Positions 29,655-39,554 of a DNA stretch of 64,000 nt are shown here, piece by piece. A model generated the notes under the pieces. It saw only the letters and a list, made by a program, of their open reading frames with translations, did no database searches and was not told where the DNA came from. This DNA comes from Acidobacteriota bacterium (lineage in GTDB: Bacteria; Acidobacteriota; UBA890; WLXD01). Numbering within the stretch: the stretch's first letter is position 1; each line of letters begins with the position of its first letter. The stretch is taken from contig CBDBHB010000007.1 in assembly GCA_965205505.1 (NCBI GenBank), positions 224,001 through 288,000 on the forward strand, written 5' to 3'. The translations under genes were made by a program, and so were the position numbers.

Positions 29655-31661
29655 ATGTCCAGGAGTGGGGACCGTGATCTCGGGATGCACCGGGATATCA
29701 ACCGGCGCGATTTCATCAACGGTGTCGGGGTTGCAATCGGCGGGTCGCTCATCGCGCCTGGCTGGCTTTCGGCGCGTGAGGGTACGCCCTACCCGTCCCT
29801 GGGGCAGGAGTACTATCCGCCGGCCCTGACTGGAATGCGCGGCAGTCATCCCGGTTCGTTCGAGGCCGGCCATGCGCTCCGCGATGGCAACAGCTGGAGC
29901 GATGTCACCGACACGCGTGAGAGCTACGACATGGTGGTGGTCGGAGGCGGGCTGAGCGGGCTCTCGGCGGCCTATTTCTTCCTGACCTCGGCGGGCCGCG
30001 GCGCACGGGTGCTGGTACTCGACAACCACGATGACTTCGGCGGCCATGCCAAGCGCAACGAGATGACCTATCGAGGCCGCACGCTGATGCTGCCCGGTGG
30101 CACGTCGTATCTGGAGTCCGTGGGCCACTACAGCGCCGTCTGCAGGACGCTCCTTGCTGCGATCGGCATCGACATCGACAGTGCGACTGCCACCAGCGCC
30201 GCGGGTCGGAGGTTCTACGGATCGCTGGGCCTCGGTAGCGCCACGTTCTTCGGCAAAGAGGTGTTCGGCGAGGACCGGCTGGTGATGGGACGCGGCGGGC
30301 AATCCGGTGGATGGGCCGATTGGCTCGCCCAGACGCCGATGTCTGCCGAGGCGCAGCGAGATATCGCGCGGCTCTACGACGACGGTGCGAACCCGGACTA
30401 TATGCCCGGACTGTCGGATGCGGACAAGAAGGATCGCCTGGCGCGGATGAGCTATCGGGACTTCCTCCTCGACCTCGTCAAGGCTCACCCCGACGTGATC
30501 CCGTTCTTCAATGACCGCCCGAAGGGCAGCTTCTGTGTGGGCATCGACGGCCATCCGGCGCTCTATGGATGGGTGCAGGGCTATCCCGGCTTCCAAGGAA
30601 TGAACCTCGAGCCCCTCTCACCCGTGGGCCCCCTCGCCCACATCGGCGGCGGCCAACACGGTCGCGAGGACGAGTTCGACGACAAACCGGACATCCACTT
30701 TCCCGACGGCAACGCGACGGTGGCGCGGCTGCTGGTTCGTGCCATGATCCCGGACGCCCTTCCGGGCACCTCGCTGGGCGACTCGATGACCTCGCGCCTC
30801 AGGTACGACCGCATCGACCGCGAGGGCTCCGACGCCCGGATCCGCCTCAACAGCATGGCCGTATCTGTCCGGCACCTGGGCGACCCCGACGCGGCTCGCG
30901 AGGTCGAGATCACCTATGTGCGCGGCGGCAAGGCCGAGAAGGTTCGCGCGGCGCACGTTGTGATGGGGTGCTACAACGGGATCATCCCGCACCTGTGCCC
31001 GGAGATGTCCGACGAGCAGAAGGTGGCGCTCAAGTATGGCGTCAAGATGCCGCTCGTCTCCACCAACGTTCTCACCCGAGATTGGACGGCCTTCAAGAAG
31101 CTGGGCATCTCACGGGTGACCGCTCCGGGGATGTACCACAGCGGCGTCAGCCTGGGCCGCTCCATTCCGTTCGGTGACTACGAACCCTCCAGATCGGCTG
31201 ACGACCCGATGATCCTGCACATGTCCAGGACGCCCTGCGCTCCTGGACACCCGAAGAAGGAGCAACATCGCATCGGGCGAGAGGATCTGTTGGCCACCAC
31301 CTTCGAGACCTTCGAGCGCAACATCCGCGACCAGCTCGGTCGAATGCTCGAGGGCGGGGGTTTCGACCCGGCCCGCGACATCGAAGCGATCACCGTGAAC
31401 CGCTGGCCGCACGGTTATGCCTATAGCTACAACACCCTGGACGATCCGATCGAGTGGGCGCTGTTCGCCCCCGACGATCGGCCATGCGTGGTCGGAAGTC
31501 GGCGATTCGGTCGGATTTCCATCGCCAACTCCGATGCCGCTGCCTCCACCCACACGGACTCAGCCATCGACGAGGCGCATCGAGCCGCCCGCGAGCAGCT
31601 CCTCGTTCGGAGCCTCGCCCGGCGAAGAGCCTCCAGCACGGACGAGACGCTGTCCCAGTAG
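29655..31661 (+). CDS. Tat-exported FAD-dependent spermidine dehydrogenase-like oxidoreductase
   Basis: NRRDFING leader; YYPPALTGMRGSH, GGGLSG, DNHDDFGGHAKRNE, HFPDGNA, ITVNRWPHGYAY. Confidence 0.88.
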   Translation: MSRSGDRDLGMHRDINRRDFINGVGVAIGGSLIAPGWLSAREGTPYPSLGQEYYPPALTGMRGSHPGSFEAGHALRDGNSWSDVTDTRESYDMVVVGGGLSGLSAAYFFLTSAGRGARVLVLDNHDDFGGHAKRNEMTYRGRTLMLPGGTSYLESVGHYSAVCRTLLAAIGIDIDSATATSAAGRRFYGSLGLGSATFFGKEVFGEDRLVMGRGGQSGGWADWLAQTPMSAEAQRDIARLYDDGANPDYMPGLSDADKKDRLARMSYRDFLLDLVKAHPDVIPFFNDRPKGSFCVGIDGHPALYGWVQGYPGFQGMNLEPLSPVGPLAHIGGGQHGREDEFDDKPDIHFPDGNATVARLLVRAMIPDALPGTSLGDSMTSRLRYDRIDREGSDARIRLNSMAVSVRHLGDPDAAREVEITYVRGGKAEKVRAAHVVMGCYNGIIPHLCPEMSDEQKVALKYGVKMPLVSTNVLTRDWTAFKKLGISRVTAPGMYHSGVSLGRSIPFGDYEPSRSADDPMILHMSRTPCAPGHPKKEQHRIGREDLLATTFETFERNIRDQLGRMLEGGGFDPARDIEAITVNRWPHGYAYSYNTLDDPIEWALFAPDDRPCVVGSRRFGRISIANSDAAASTHTDSAIDEAHRAAREQLLVRSLARRRASSTDETLSQ

Positions 31662-31759
31662 GACCAGGGCATCTGTAGCCCGTGCCAGTTCGGCACTAAG
31701 GCCGAAGGTTTGCAGCAACCCACGAGCCGTCTGATCGTATCTTCGGCCCTACCCATGCC

Positions 31760-33697
31760 TTACTCCAAGCCGAACGCCAGCAATACGTTCCCGGGGGAAC
31801 CGCGCAGAATCGCGTAGCCGGAGCCGACGTACATCATGCCGTCGACGATCGAGGGCGCCGCGCCGCCGAAGCCGCCGCCGAAGCCCTTCACGCCGTTGAT
31901 GGTCTCGAAATCCCGCTGCGTGGCGAACTCCCACATCACGCTGCCGTCTTCGGTCGAGAAGGCGCGCATCACGCCGTCGCGCGAGCCGGCGAGGACCGCG
32001 CCGGGTATGGCGGTGGCGGGCGCCCAGTGACCCGAATGGCACGTCTGCCCCGATTCGGGATCCTCACAGTCGCTCGGCTTCGGCACCTCCGTGTACCAGG
32101 CACGCGAGCCGTCCTCGGCCCGCAGCGCCGCGAGGCCGCCCCTGCCGTCTTCGAGCGGGAACGGCTTCAGGTAGTACTCGCCGTCGAACGCGCCCCCGAA
32201 TCCGGCACTCGGCATCGCCAGCTCGTTGCCGGCCTGCGCCACCCACAGGATCTCACCCTGGTTGTCGGGATCCATGGCGGTGATGCGGCCGCTCTCCTGT
32301 CCTTGAATCAGAATTCGGCGACCGTCCTCGAGCGTGTGCAGTACGGGCGAGCCCGAGGCATCGTCGTTACTGCCGGTGACGAGGCCGGGACAGTTGATTC
32401 GCCGCTCCTCCGGTTGTCGCCCACAGCCGCCGCCGAATCTCTCGAGAGCCACCAGCTGCCTCCACCACAGGCGTTCGCCGGTATCCATGTCGTACGCCGT
32501 GACGGCGGCGCAAGTGCCGTCGTCGAACCCGACGTGTTGCTCGAAGAACTCGGTCATGTAGCAGTTGCCGGCGGCCGCGTAGAGAGTGCGGTGATCGATA
32601 TCGAGCGTCGGTGCGTTCCATACGGAGGCACCGGCGGGCCCGTACATCTGTGTGCCGGCCGAGTTCTTGCGCAATGGGCGAGGACGCTCGGACATCGAGT
32701 ATGTCTTCCAGGCCGTCTGCCCCGTGCTCACATCCACTGCGACGACGCTGCCCTGGAACTGGCAGCACTCGTACAACAGATCTCCGCTCGGGAGCTCCTC
32801 CCAGGATGCGACCCCGACGTACAGATGACCTCCGGCCGAGGGATCGAGCACCGGTGTGCCGGTGATCTTGGCTGCCGCATGCTCGTCCGGACGCATGACC
32901 CAGAGCTCCTCGCCGGTTTCGGCGTTGACGCCGGTGACGTAACCCCTGTAGTCCCCGAACATGGCTATGTAGCGGACTTCGGGTACATCGGTCACCTCGC
33001 TCACACTGACCGCGGTGCGCACCTGTCCTCTTGCCTCGTAGGACCAGTGCACGCAGCCCGTCTTGGCGTCGAGCGCGTAGACGAATTTGTTGTCACTGCC
33101 TATGAACAGCGCCCCGCCCACGACCGTCGGCTGCGCCCAGGATGCGGAAGCCGCATCCGGAATCGCGAACGCCCACTTCAGCTTCAGCTGCGACACCTGT
33201 GCTCCGGTAAGTCCGCCCGCTTCCGCCGGCTGGAACCGGTGGGACTTACCAGGATCGGGGGTCCAGCCGTTCCATCGCGGCCGGCTGAACGGGTCGTGCA
33301 GGGTCAACGGGCTGGTGCAAGGGTTGCTCATCGCCGCGGCGGTGCGGTCGGCGGCGTCGCCGAAGGGTTTGGCCGCCGCCAGCTCGGCCAAAGCGAGCAG
33401 GTTCTCCTCGTTCCACCCTTCGACATAGATAGCCATCGATCCCGTGGTGATCGACTCGAGCACTCGCTCGGCTGTCATCGCCGCCATGGCTTCCCGACTT
33501 GGCGCTCGGTTGCCGGCGGCGGTGTTGTCGTGGCAGGTGGCGCACCGTCCCTCGAACCCCGACCGCATGCTCGCCGGCGAGTTGCCGACCACCGGGGAGT
33601 ACTGTCCCCAAGCAATCGAGGTGGAGGAATGCCACGCCAGAGCGCTTGCAGCCAAGAACGTCACGGCACTCAACGAAAAGATGAATCGCCTCAACAT
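31760..33697 (-). CDS. Quinohemoprotein, polyvinyl alcohol dehydrogenase-like (cyt c + PQQ propeller)
   Basis: CATCH heme motif, LKLKWAF, ECCQFQGS, C-terminal SGY..PGNVLLAF. Confidence 0.88.
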   Translation of the reverse strand: MLRRFIFSLSAVTFLAASALAWHSSTSIAWGQYSPVVGNSPASMRSGFEGRCATCHDNTAAGNRAPSREAMAAMTAERVLESITTGSMAIYVEGWNEENLLALAELAAAKPFGDAADRTAAAMSNPCTSPLTLHDPFSRPRWNGWTPDPGKSHRFQPAEAGGLTGAQVSQLKLKWAFAIPDAASASWAQPTVVGGALFIGSDNKFVYALDAKTGCVHWSYEARGQVRTAVSVSEVTDVPEVRYIAMFGDYRGYVTGVNAETGEELWVMRPDEHAAAKITGTPVLDPSAGGHLYVGVASWEELPSGDLLYECCQFQGSVVAVDVSTGQTAWKTYSMSERPRPLRKNSAGTQMYGPAGASVWNAPTLDIDHRTLYAAAGNCYMTEFFEQHVGFDDGTCAAVTAYDMDTGERLWWRQLVALERFGGGCGRQPEERRINCPGLVTGSNDDASGSPVLHTLEDGRRILIQGQESGRITAMDPDNQGEILWVAQAGNELAMPSAGFGGAFDGEYYLKPFPLEDGRGGLAALRAEDGSRAWYTEVPKPSDCEDPESGQTCHSGHWAPATAIPGAVLAGSRDGVMRAFSTEDGSVMWEFATQRDFETINGVKGFGGGFGGAAPSIVDGMMYVGSGYAILRGSPGNVLLAFGLE

Positions 33698-34213
33698 GTT
33701 GCCTCCCTCGGGTTCAGCTCGAAACAACCGCTTCGGATCCGTGTCAGCCGCATGCTCGCCTCCGCTTCGGCGTCGGCGAAGGCCGTGCTCCAGGTTCCTT
33801 TGCCAGGCTAGCAGCGCCTTCGCCTGGATGTGGTCACAGCGTCACGGCCTTGTCAAGGGATTCACTGCGCAATCGATGGCTCCGCCTATCATGACCATAA
33901 CCCCCTGCTTTCCTTGCAGTTACGGGACCTGCGACAACCCGTTTGCATAGACCGCTGGCGTGCTCTCCCACGCGTCGGTACGGACCCTTCACCCGTCACC
34001 CTGGCTCCCACAGCGGGGCGATCAGAGCCGCTGAATCCTCTCCAGGATCACGGTGCCCGACGACTAGAAGTTCCTCTGTACCCGCCCCTACCACTTGCAG
34101 ACAATGCAGGGGTGATGCAGGTTGTGGAGTAGGGTCGGAAACTGGGTGGAGTTTGCGGCTGACTTCGTGTACAGACACCGTTGGAGAACGCCCGTCAGTT
34201 GAGAGCATCCACG

Positions 34214-35290
34214 ATGAACGAGAGGCTTCGGACCTCGCGCTCGCTCACGTTCCTCGCCAGCGCGGCGATAGCGCTGTCATCGTCTGCCGTGGCGCTGTCT
34301 GGCCCCGCGGCTGCGCAGACTCATGCCTCTGACGCCGAATTGTGGGAAGTATCCAGGACGCCGCATGGTCATCCGGACCTGCAAGGCAACTGGACCAACG
34401 CGACGCTTACCCCCTTCCAACGCCCTGCGAGCCTGGGCCCCGTTCTTACGTGGGAAGAGGTTGCCGACATCGAGGAGGGGCAGGCGGAAATCGTCGCCCA
34501 AGGGAACGCGCCGAGCGACCCGAACCGCCCGCCGCCTCCGGCGGGTGGTACTGATCCGGAATGCATCGATTCGGCTACCGGATGCTACAACGAGGTCTAC
34601 AGAGAGCCCGGTGAGCGGGTGGCCATTGTGAACGGTGAGCCCAGGAGCTCGCTCGTCACGCATCCGCCTAACGGACGCGTGCCGGAGCTGACGCCGGAGG
34701 GACGGCGACGGGTTGAGGAGCACAAGGCGTTCAGGAGCCAGTTCGGTCCATCAGACCATCCGGAGCTCCGACCCCTCGGCGAACGCTGCCTCGTATCGTT
34801 CGACTCCAGTGCCGGCCCGCCGATGCTTCCCAACTACTGGTACAACAACAACTACACGATCGTGCAGAACGCCGATCACGTGATGATCGTCACGGAGATG
34901 GTTCACGACGTACGCATCATCCGGCTCGGCGAGCCCACATCGCTACCGGAAGACATCCGTCCGTGGTTCGGTGACTCGTGGGGCCGATGGGACGGAAACA
35001 CGCTCGTGGTCGAGACCACCAACCTCAATCCGGATCACAGGTTCCGCGGCGTCGCTCCCTCGAAAGACCGGAAGTTGATCGAGCGCTTCACGCGCGTGGC
35101 CGCGGACACCATCCTTTACGAGTTCACCATCGACGATCCGACGATGTACACGAGCGTCTGGGGAGGCCAGGTTCCATTCAAGCAGTTCGACGACCGTCTC
35201 TACGAATATGCCTGTCACGAGGCCAACTATGGGCTCTCCAACGTGCTGAGCGGCGCGCGCTACGAGGAGAGGATGGAGGAGCACAGGTAG
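34214..35290 (+). CDS. Conserved secreted hypothetical protein
   Basis: Signal peptide; RTPHGHPDLQGNW, GDSWGRWDGNTLVVETTN, YEYACHEANY motifs. Confidence 0.8.
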   Translation: MNERLRTSRSLTFLASAAIALSSSAVALSGPAAAQTHASDAELWEVSRTPHGHPDLQGNWTNATLTPFQRPASLGPVLTWEEVADIEEGQAEIVAQGNAPSDPNRPPPPAGGTDPECIDSATGCYNEVYREPGERVAIVNGEPRSSLVTHPPNGRVPELTPEGRRRVEEHKAFRSQFGPSDHPELRPLGERCLVSFDSSAGPPMLPNYWYNNNYTIVQNADHVMIVTEMVHDVRIIRLGEPTSLPEDIRPWFGDSWGRWDGNTLVVETTNLNPDHRFRGVAPSKDRKLIERFTRVAADTILYEFTIDDPTMYTSVWGGQVPFKQFDDRLYEYACHEANYGLSNVLSGARYEERMEEHR

Positions 35291-35325
35291 CCCACCAACG
35301 CCCCCTGGAATACGGATTTCCGGCG

Positions 35326-35341
35326 CTAGCAGGCCGTGGTG
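35326..35341. repeat. Possible MITE end remnant
   Basis: CTAGCAGGCCGTGGTG, 16 nt identical to the MITE ends at 15407 and 16074. Confidence 0.45.
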
Positions 35342-35429
35342 GATTCGTGGCCTTCAAGGCACTCGTCCACTACAATCCGGCAACCAGAGCACCGATGCCC
35401 GCGGAAGTAAAACCGAGCATGTTGCCGTC

Positions 35430-37646
35430 ATGAGCAGTTCATCTGATGTTCATACGGATCCCCGGTTCACCCGGCGAGGGTTCCTGCAAGCGGCGGGGCT
35501 GACGTTCGGATTTGTCGTTGGTTCGCCTCCTCGGGATGGCGCCGCCTCGTCGTCGACAGCGGCTGAGACGCTGACGCCCAACATCTGGGTCAACATAGCG
35601 CCGGATGGAATCATCACCATCGTTAACCCGGCGGCCGAGATGGGCCAGGGATCGATGACGGCGCTGCCGATCATCCTTGCCGAGGAGCTCGATGCGGATT
35701 GGAGCGACGTTCGGATCGAGGTGTCACCCTCCGACGACGAGCTGTATGGAAATCCTGGATACGTCGGTATTCTCCGCTCCGGGGCAAGCGCCACGCTCGC
35801 GGGCTACTACGACACCTTGCGGTTGCATGGAGCGCAGGCACGTCGGGTGCTTCTCGACAGCACCGCGGCCAGATGGGGCGTGCCGGTGGAGGAGCTTGCT
35901 ACCGAGCCCAGCGTTGTCGTTCACAAAAAAAGCGGTCGCAGGTTGACCTATGGCGAGGTGGCCGGATTCACGTCCATGCCCGCGACTCCACCCGACATCA
36001 AACCGGGCGACCTCAAAGATCCAGCCGAGTTCCGGCTCATCGGCCACGACATTCCCCGGGCGGACATCCCGGACAAGGTGGACGGATCGGCGCAATACAG
36101 CATCGATGTGCGATTGCCGGGAATGCTCTACGCGACGGTGCTGAGGCCCCCGGTCAAGGGGGCGTTACCGGAGCGGGTCTCGGAGGGCGAGGCGCGCAGG
36201 ATCCCCGGTGTCGTGGAGGTCATCAGGCTCCCCTACGGGGTCGGTGTGGTCAGCGAGACCATCGAAGGGGCGCTCGCCGCCTCGGGCAAGATCGAGGTCG
36301 AGTGGCAGCAGGTAGAGGGCTCGACCTTCGACAGCGACGCAGAGCTCGAGGCCCAAGCTCGCCGAGCCCGCGAGTTGAGCAGCGAAGGTGCCAGCCGAGA
36401 AGACCGAGAGGTGAAGATCGCCCTCGATACTGCGCTCCACCACTACCGATCCGAGTACAGCACCGAGTTTGTCTATCAAGCTCAGATGGAGCCTTTGAAC
36501 GCGGTGGCCTGGGTCAAGGAGGACGGCCAACGAGCCGAGATCTGGGCCGGATCGCAAACGCCGACGTACCTGCTTCGCGTTGCCTCCGAGACGCTCGAGA
36601 TTCCTACCGAGAACATCACGCTCCACAGGATGTATCTCGGTGGCGGGTTCGGTCGCAGGTCCGATTGGAGGCACGAGTATGTCGTTGACGCCCTGTTGCT
36701 CTCTCGCGCGGTAGGCAAGCCGGTCAAGCTCGTCTGGAGCCGCGAGGACGACGTGCGCTACGGGCACTTCAAGCCCAGCAGCGCACACTATCTGCAGGCC
36801 GGCGTCGATGCCCGGGATCGGGTGATGGCCTGGGAGCACCGGATGGTGACGGACGATGTCCAGGCGCAAGCCGACCCCTACATCAGGAAGCTACGGTCAC
36901 GGCTCAGCCAGGAGGTCTTGGATGCATTGACCTTCAGCCGCAATCGAGGCATGGGCCGCTATGACTTCGGACACCGAACAAGACAAACCGAATACCGAGC
37001 CCTGCCGGTGCGTCTCGGGTGGATGCGAGGCGTCAGCACGACGCTCAACGAGTTTGCTGCCGAGTCGTTTGTCGACGAGATCGTGGTCGCCAGGGGTCTG
37101 GATCCGATCGAGTTTCGCCTGGCGCATTTGAACGAGCCCCTGGCGCGGAGAGTTCTGAACACCGTTGCCGAGATGGCGAGCTGGACTGCTGCCGGGGATC
37201 GAGGGCTAGGTGTCTCCTATGTGTCCTCCTTCGGATGCCTGATGGCAACCATCGCGGAGGTATCGGTCGATCGTAACGGATGGATCCGGGTCGCCGACGT
37301 CTGGGTCGCCGTCGACATCGGCATCCCGGTGCAGCCGCTCAACGTCGTCGGCCAGGTAGAGAGCTGTGTGGTGTATGCGCTCAGCAACGCTTTGACCGAG
37401 CGGATCTCTTTCAAGGATGGGCGTGTGCAGCAGTCCAACTTCCACGACTATCCGGTGCTCACCATGGAGTATTCGCCGCAGATCCACGTCCGCGTCGAGC
37501 GCTCGGAGAGATCGCCTATCGGAGTCGGAGACCGCTCCGGCCTCGGTGTGGCACCTGCAGTTGCCAGCGCCTTTGCCCGGCTGACCGGTCGACGATTGCG
37601 ACACATGCCCATGACCCCCGAACGCGTCCGGCAGGCGTTAGGGTAG
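35430..37646 (+). CDS. Xanthine dehydrogenase family Mo-binding subunit (isoquinoline 1-oxidoreductase beta-like), Tat
   Basis: TRRGFL, EMGQG, AEELDADW, MEPLNA, LGGGFGRR, WSREDD, QQSNFHDYP. Confidence 0.92.
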   Translation: MSSSSDVHTDPRFTRRGFLQAAGLTFGFVVGSPPRDGAASSSTAAETLTPNIWVNIAPDGIITIVNPAAEMGQGSMTALPIILAEELDADWSDVRIEVSPSDDELYGNPGYVGILRSGASATLAGYYDTLRLHGAQARRVLLDSTAARWGVPVEELATEPSVVVHKKSGRRLTYGEVAGFTSMPATPPDIKPGDLKDPAEFRLIGHDIPRADIPDKVDGSAQYSIDVRLPGMLYATVLRPPVKGALPERVSEGEARRIPGVVEVIRLPYGVGVVSETIEGALAASGKIEVEWQQVEGSTFDSDAELEAQARRARELSSEGASREDREVKIALDTALHHYRSEYSTEFVYQAQMEPLNAVAWVKEDGQRAEIWAGSQTPTYLLRVASETLEIPTENITLHRMYLGGGFGRRSDWRHEYVVDALLLSRAVGKPVKLVWSREDDVRYGHFKPSSAHYLQAGVDARDRVMAWEHRMVTDDVQAQADPYIRKLRSRLSQEVLDALTFSRNRGMGRYDFGHRTRQTEYRALPVRLGWMRGVSTTLNEFAAESFVDEIVVARGLDPIEFRLAHLNEPLARRVLNTVAEMASWTAAGDRGLGVSYVSSFGCLMATIAEVSVDRNGWIRVADVWVAVDIGIPVQPLNVVGQVESCVVYALSNALTERISFKDGRVQQSNFHDYPVLTMEYSPQIHVRVERSERSPIGVGDRSGLGVAPAVASAFARLTGRRLRHMPMTPERVRQALG

Positions 37647-37673
37647 CGGGCGTAGGCCCACCAGGAGGTTCCG

Positions 37674-38132
37674 ATGCGGTTCACCCTCACGGTCAACGGT
37701 AACGAGAAAACCGTTGAGGCCGAGCCGGACACCCCCCTTCTCTGGGTCCTGCGCGAACATATCGGTTTGACGGGCACGAAGTTTGGATGCGGCATGGGAA
37801 TCTGCATGGCCTGCACGGTCCACCTCAACGGCGAACGAGCTCTGAGCTGCCAGACGCCGATCAGCTTGGCAGCAGACCAGGAGATCACGACGATCGAGGG
37901 CCTCGCGGCCAGTCAGCATGCTCTCCTGGGGGCATGGGTCGAGGAGCAGGTGCCCCAGTGCGGCTACTGCCAGCCGGGGATGATCATGAACGCGGCTGAT
38001 TTGTTGGCGAAGAATGAGAACCCCAGCCGCGAAGATATCGTTACCCACATGAGAAACATCTGCCGTTGTGGAACCTATCCGCGGGTGATCCGCGCCATCG
38101 AGCGAGTGGCCACGGAGCTCCAACGTAAGTAG
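37674..38132 (+). CDS. 2Fe-2S subunit (isoquinoline 1-oxidoreductase alpha-like)
   Basis: GTKFGCGMGICMACTV, QCGYCQPG, CRCGTY. Confidence 0.95.
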   Translation: MRFTLTVNGNEKTVEAEPDTPLLWVLREHIGLTGTKFGCGMGICMACTVHLNGERALSCQTPISLAADQEITTIEGLAASQHALLGAWVEEQVPQCGYCQPGMIMNAADLLAKNENPSREDIVTHMRNICRCGTYPRVIRAIERVATELQRK

Positions 38133-38154
38133 GCGACCCAGAGGGTTCACGCCA

Positions 38155-39285
38155 CTACTCGAGGAGAAGTGGCTGGCCGACCAGCTTGCTCGGATCAGCG
38201 CCGGACTTCGGCACGAACTTGGCCACGGACTCCCCGTCGAAGTTGGCGACATAGACGTTGCCCTCCTGGTCCACGTCCATCTGGTGCGGACGCATCAGGC
38301 CACCGGCAAAGCCGCCCGACGTGCCGCCGTACGTGCCCCAGTGATACAGGAGATGGCCGTCTCGGTCGTACTTGATGATCCGGTTGAGGACACGTTCCAC
38401 CACCCAGACGCTGTTGCTCTCATCGATGAAGATGCCGGCCGGGCTTACGATGTTGGGCCACTCTTCGATGAACTCGCCGTTCTCCGTGAAGACCTGGATG
38501 CGACTGTTGGCCCGGTCGACCACGTAGACGCGGCGATCCTTGTCTATAGCGAGTCCGTGGACGGTGTTGAACTGTCCAGGGCCGGTCCCGTTCTCCCCCC
38601 ATTCCATGATGTACTCGCCCTGCTCGTTGTACCTGACGACGCGGGAGTTCCAGTAGCCGTCCCCAAGCAGGAAGTCGCCGTTCGGGAAAAAGGCCAGCAC
38701 CGCCGGCTGGCCGTAGTTGTAGGGACCGGGATTCTTGTTCGCCCGTGCCGCTTCCCGAGTCTGTGGGATCGGTGTATCGCCGATCCGCAGCACCAACTCC
38801 TCTCCGTCGTTGGTGAACTTGAGGACCTGCATGTAAGGCCCCCCGCCGCCGCGCTCGACGACCCAGACGTGGCGCTCGGGATCGTAGGGATTCACGTAGA
38901 TCTGGTGGGGCCAGTTGAGGATCGAGTCCCACTGCGTCCAGACCTCCGTGATGTTGCCGTTCCGATCGGCGACCACGATGGCGTTCGAGCGGGGCAGTCT
39001 CACCTCCCCGGCGTCGTTCATATCCCCCCACGTCACCGCGAAGATCCGATCCGGGTTGTCCACCGCGACTCCCGAAACCTGCCCCCAGTGCCAGGTCTCG
39101 TCATGGTTCGGCGCCGGCTTCCACCAGTCTGCGACGCCCTCGTAGTCTCCGCTCCGGTCGTCCCCACCCTTCGCCATCGTGGCTCCCGCCGGGAGCGTAG
39201 CCTGGTCCTCTTCGACGCAGGCGGGGAGCACCGCCAGCCCAGCAGCGACAACTAGGGCCACGCCGAAGCGCTCCGGTCTCATCAT
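38155..39285 (-). CDS. NHL-repeat lipoprotein (PAL-like)
   Basis: LPAC lipobox; DGYWNSRVV, GPGQFNTVHGLA, DRANSRIQVF. Confidence 0.85.
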   Translation of the reverse strand: MMRPERFGVALVVAAGLAVLPACVEEDQATLPAGATMAKGGDDRSGDYEGVADWWKPAPNHDETWHWGQVSGVAVDNPDRIFAVTWGDMNDAGEVRLPRSNAIVVADRNGNITEVWTQWDSILNWPHQIYVNPYDPERHVWVVERGGGGPYMQVLKFTNDGEELVLRIGDTPIPQTREAARANKNPGPYNYGQPAVLAFFPNGDFLLGDGYWNSRVVRYNEQGEYIMEWGENGTGPGQFNTVHGLAIDKDRRVYVVDRANSRIQVFTENGEFIEEWPNIVSPAGIFIDESNSVWVVERVLNRIIKYDRDGHLLYHWGTYGGTSGGFAGGLMRPHQMDVDQEGNVYVANFDGESVAKFVPKSGADPSKLVGQPLLLE

Positions 39286-39384
39286 TGCCTTCCCTCCCGT
39301 AGGGGCTTCCGTGGGAAGCCGGTTCAGACGACTTCACTGCTCGTGCAGGCGATCACGCAGTTCCTTTACCATGCATCGGGATAC

Positions 39385-39525
39385 CTAGCGAGCTGCATCC
39401 ACGAGCCAGCTCGACTTCAGGACGTAGCGGCTCACCTGGGCCCCGCGTGCAATGACCCGGCGAACCACGAGAAACCGAGATCCGTCGGCGCCGACGTCGA
39501 ACCCCGCCGAAGTGTACCCGGGCAC
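39385..39525 (-). pseudogene. Kinase-PD40 C-terminal tail remnant, ending TAG in CTAG
   Basis: VPGYTSAGFDVGADGSRFLVVRR..YVLKSSWLVDAAR* resembles [18 protein letters not shown] and YDVTVDGQRFVM..LITNWF of kinases 1 and 2. Confidence 0.7.
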
Positions 39526-39554
39526 TGCTCGGGCGGGGGCCCCTTTCCGCCGAC

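Noticed and set aside
32027-33811. Long antisense ORFs (e.g. 594 aa here, also 3883-5187 and 1573-2727)
   Set aside because: Shadow ORFs of high-GC genes with no recognisable motifs.
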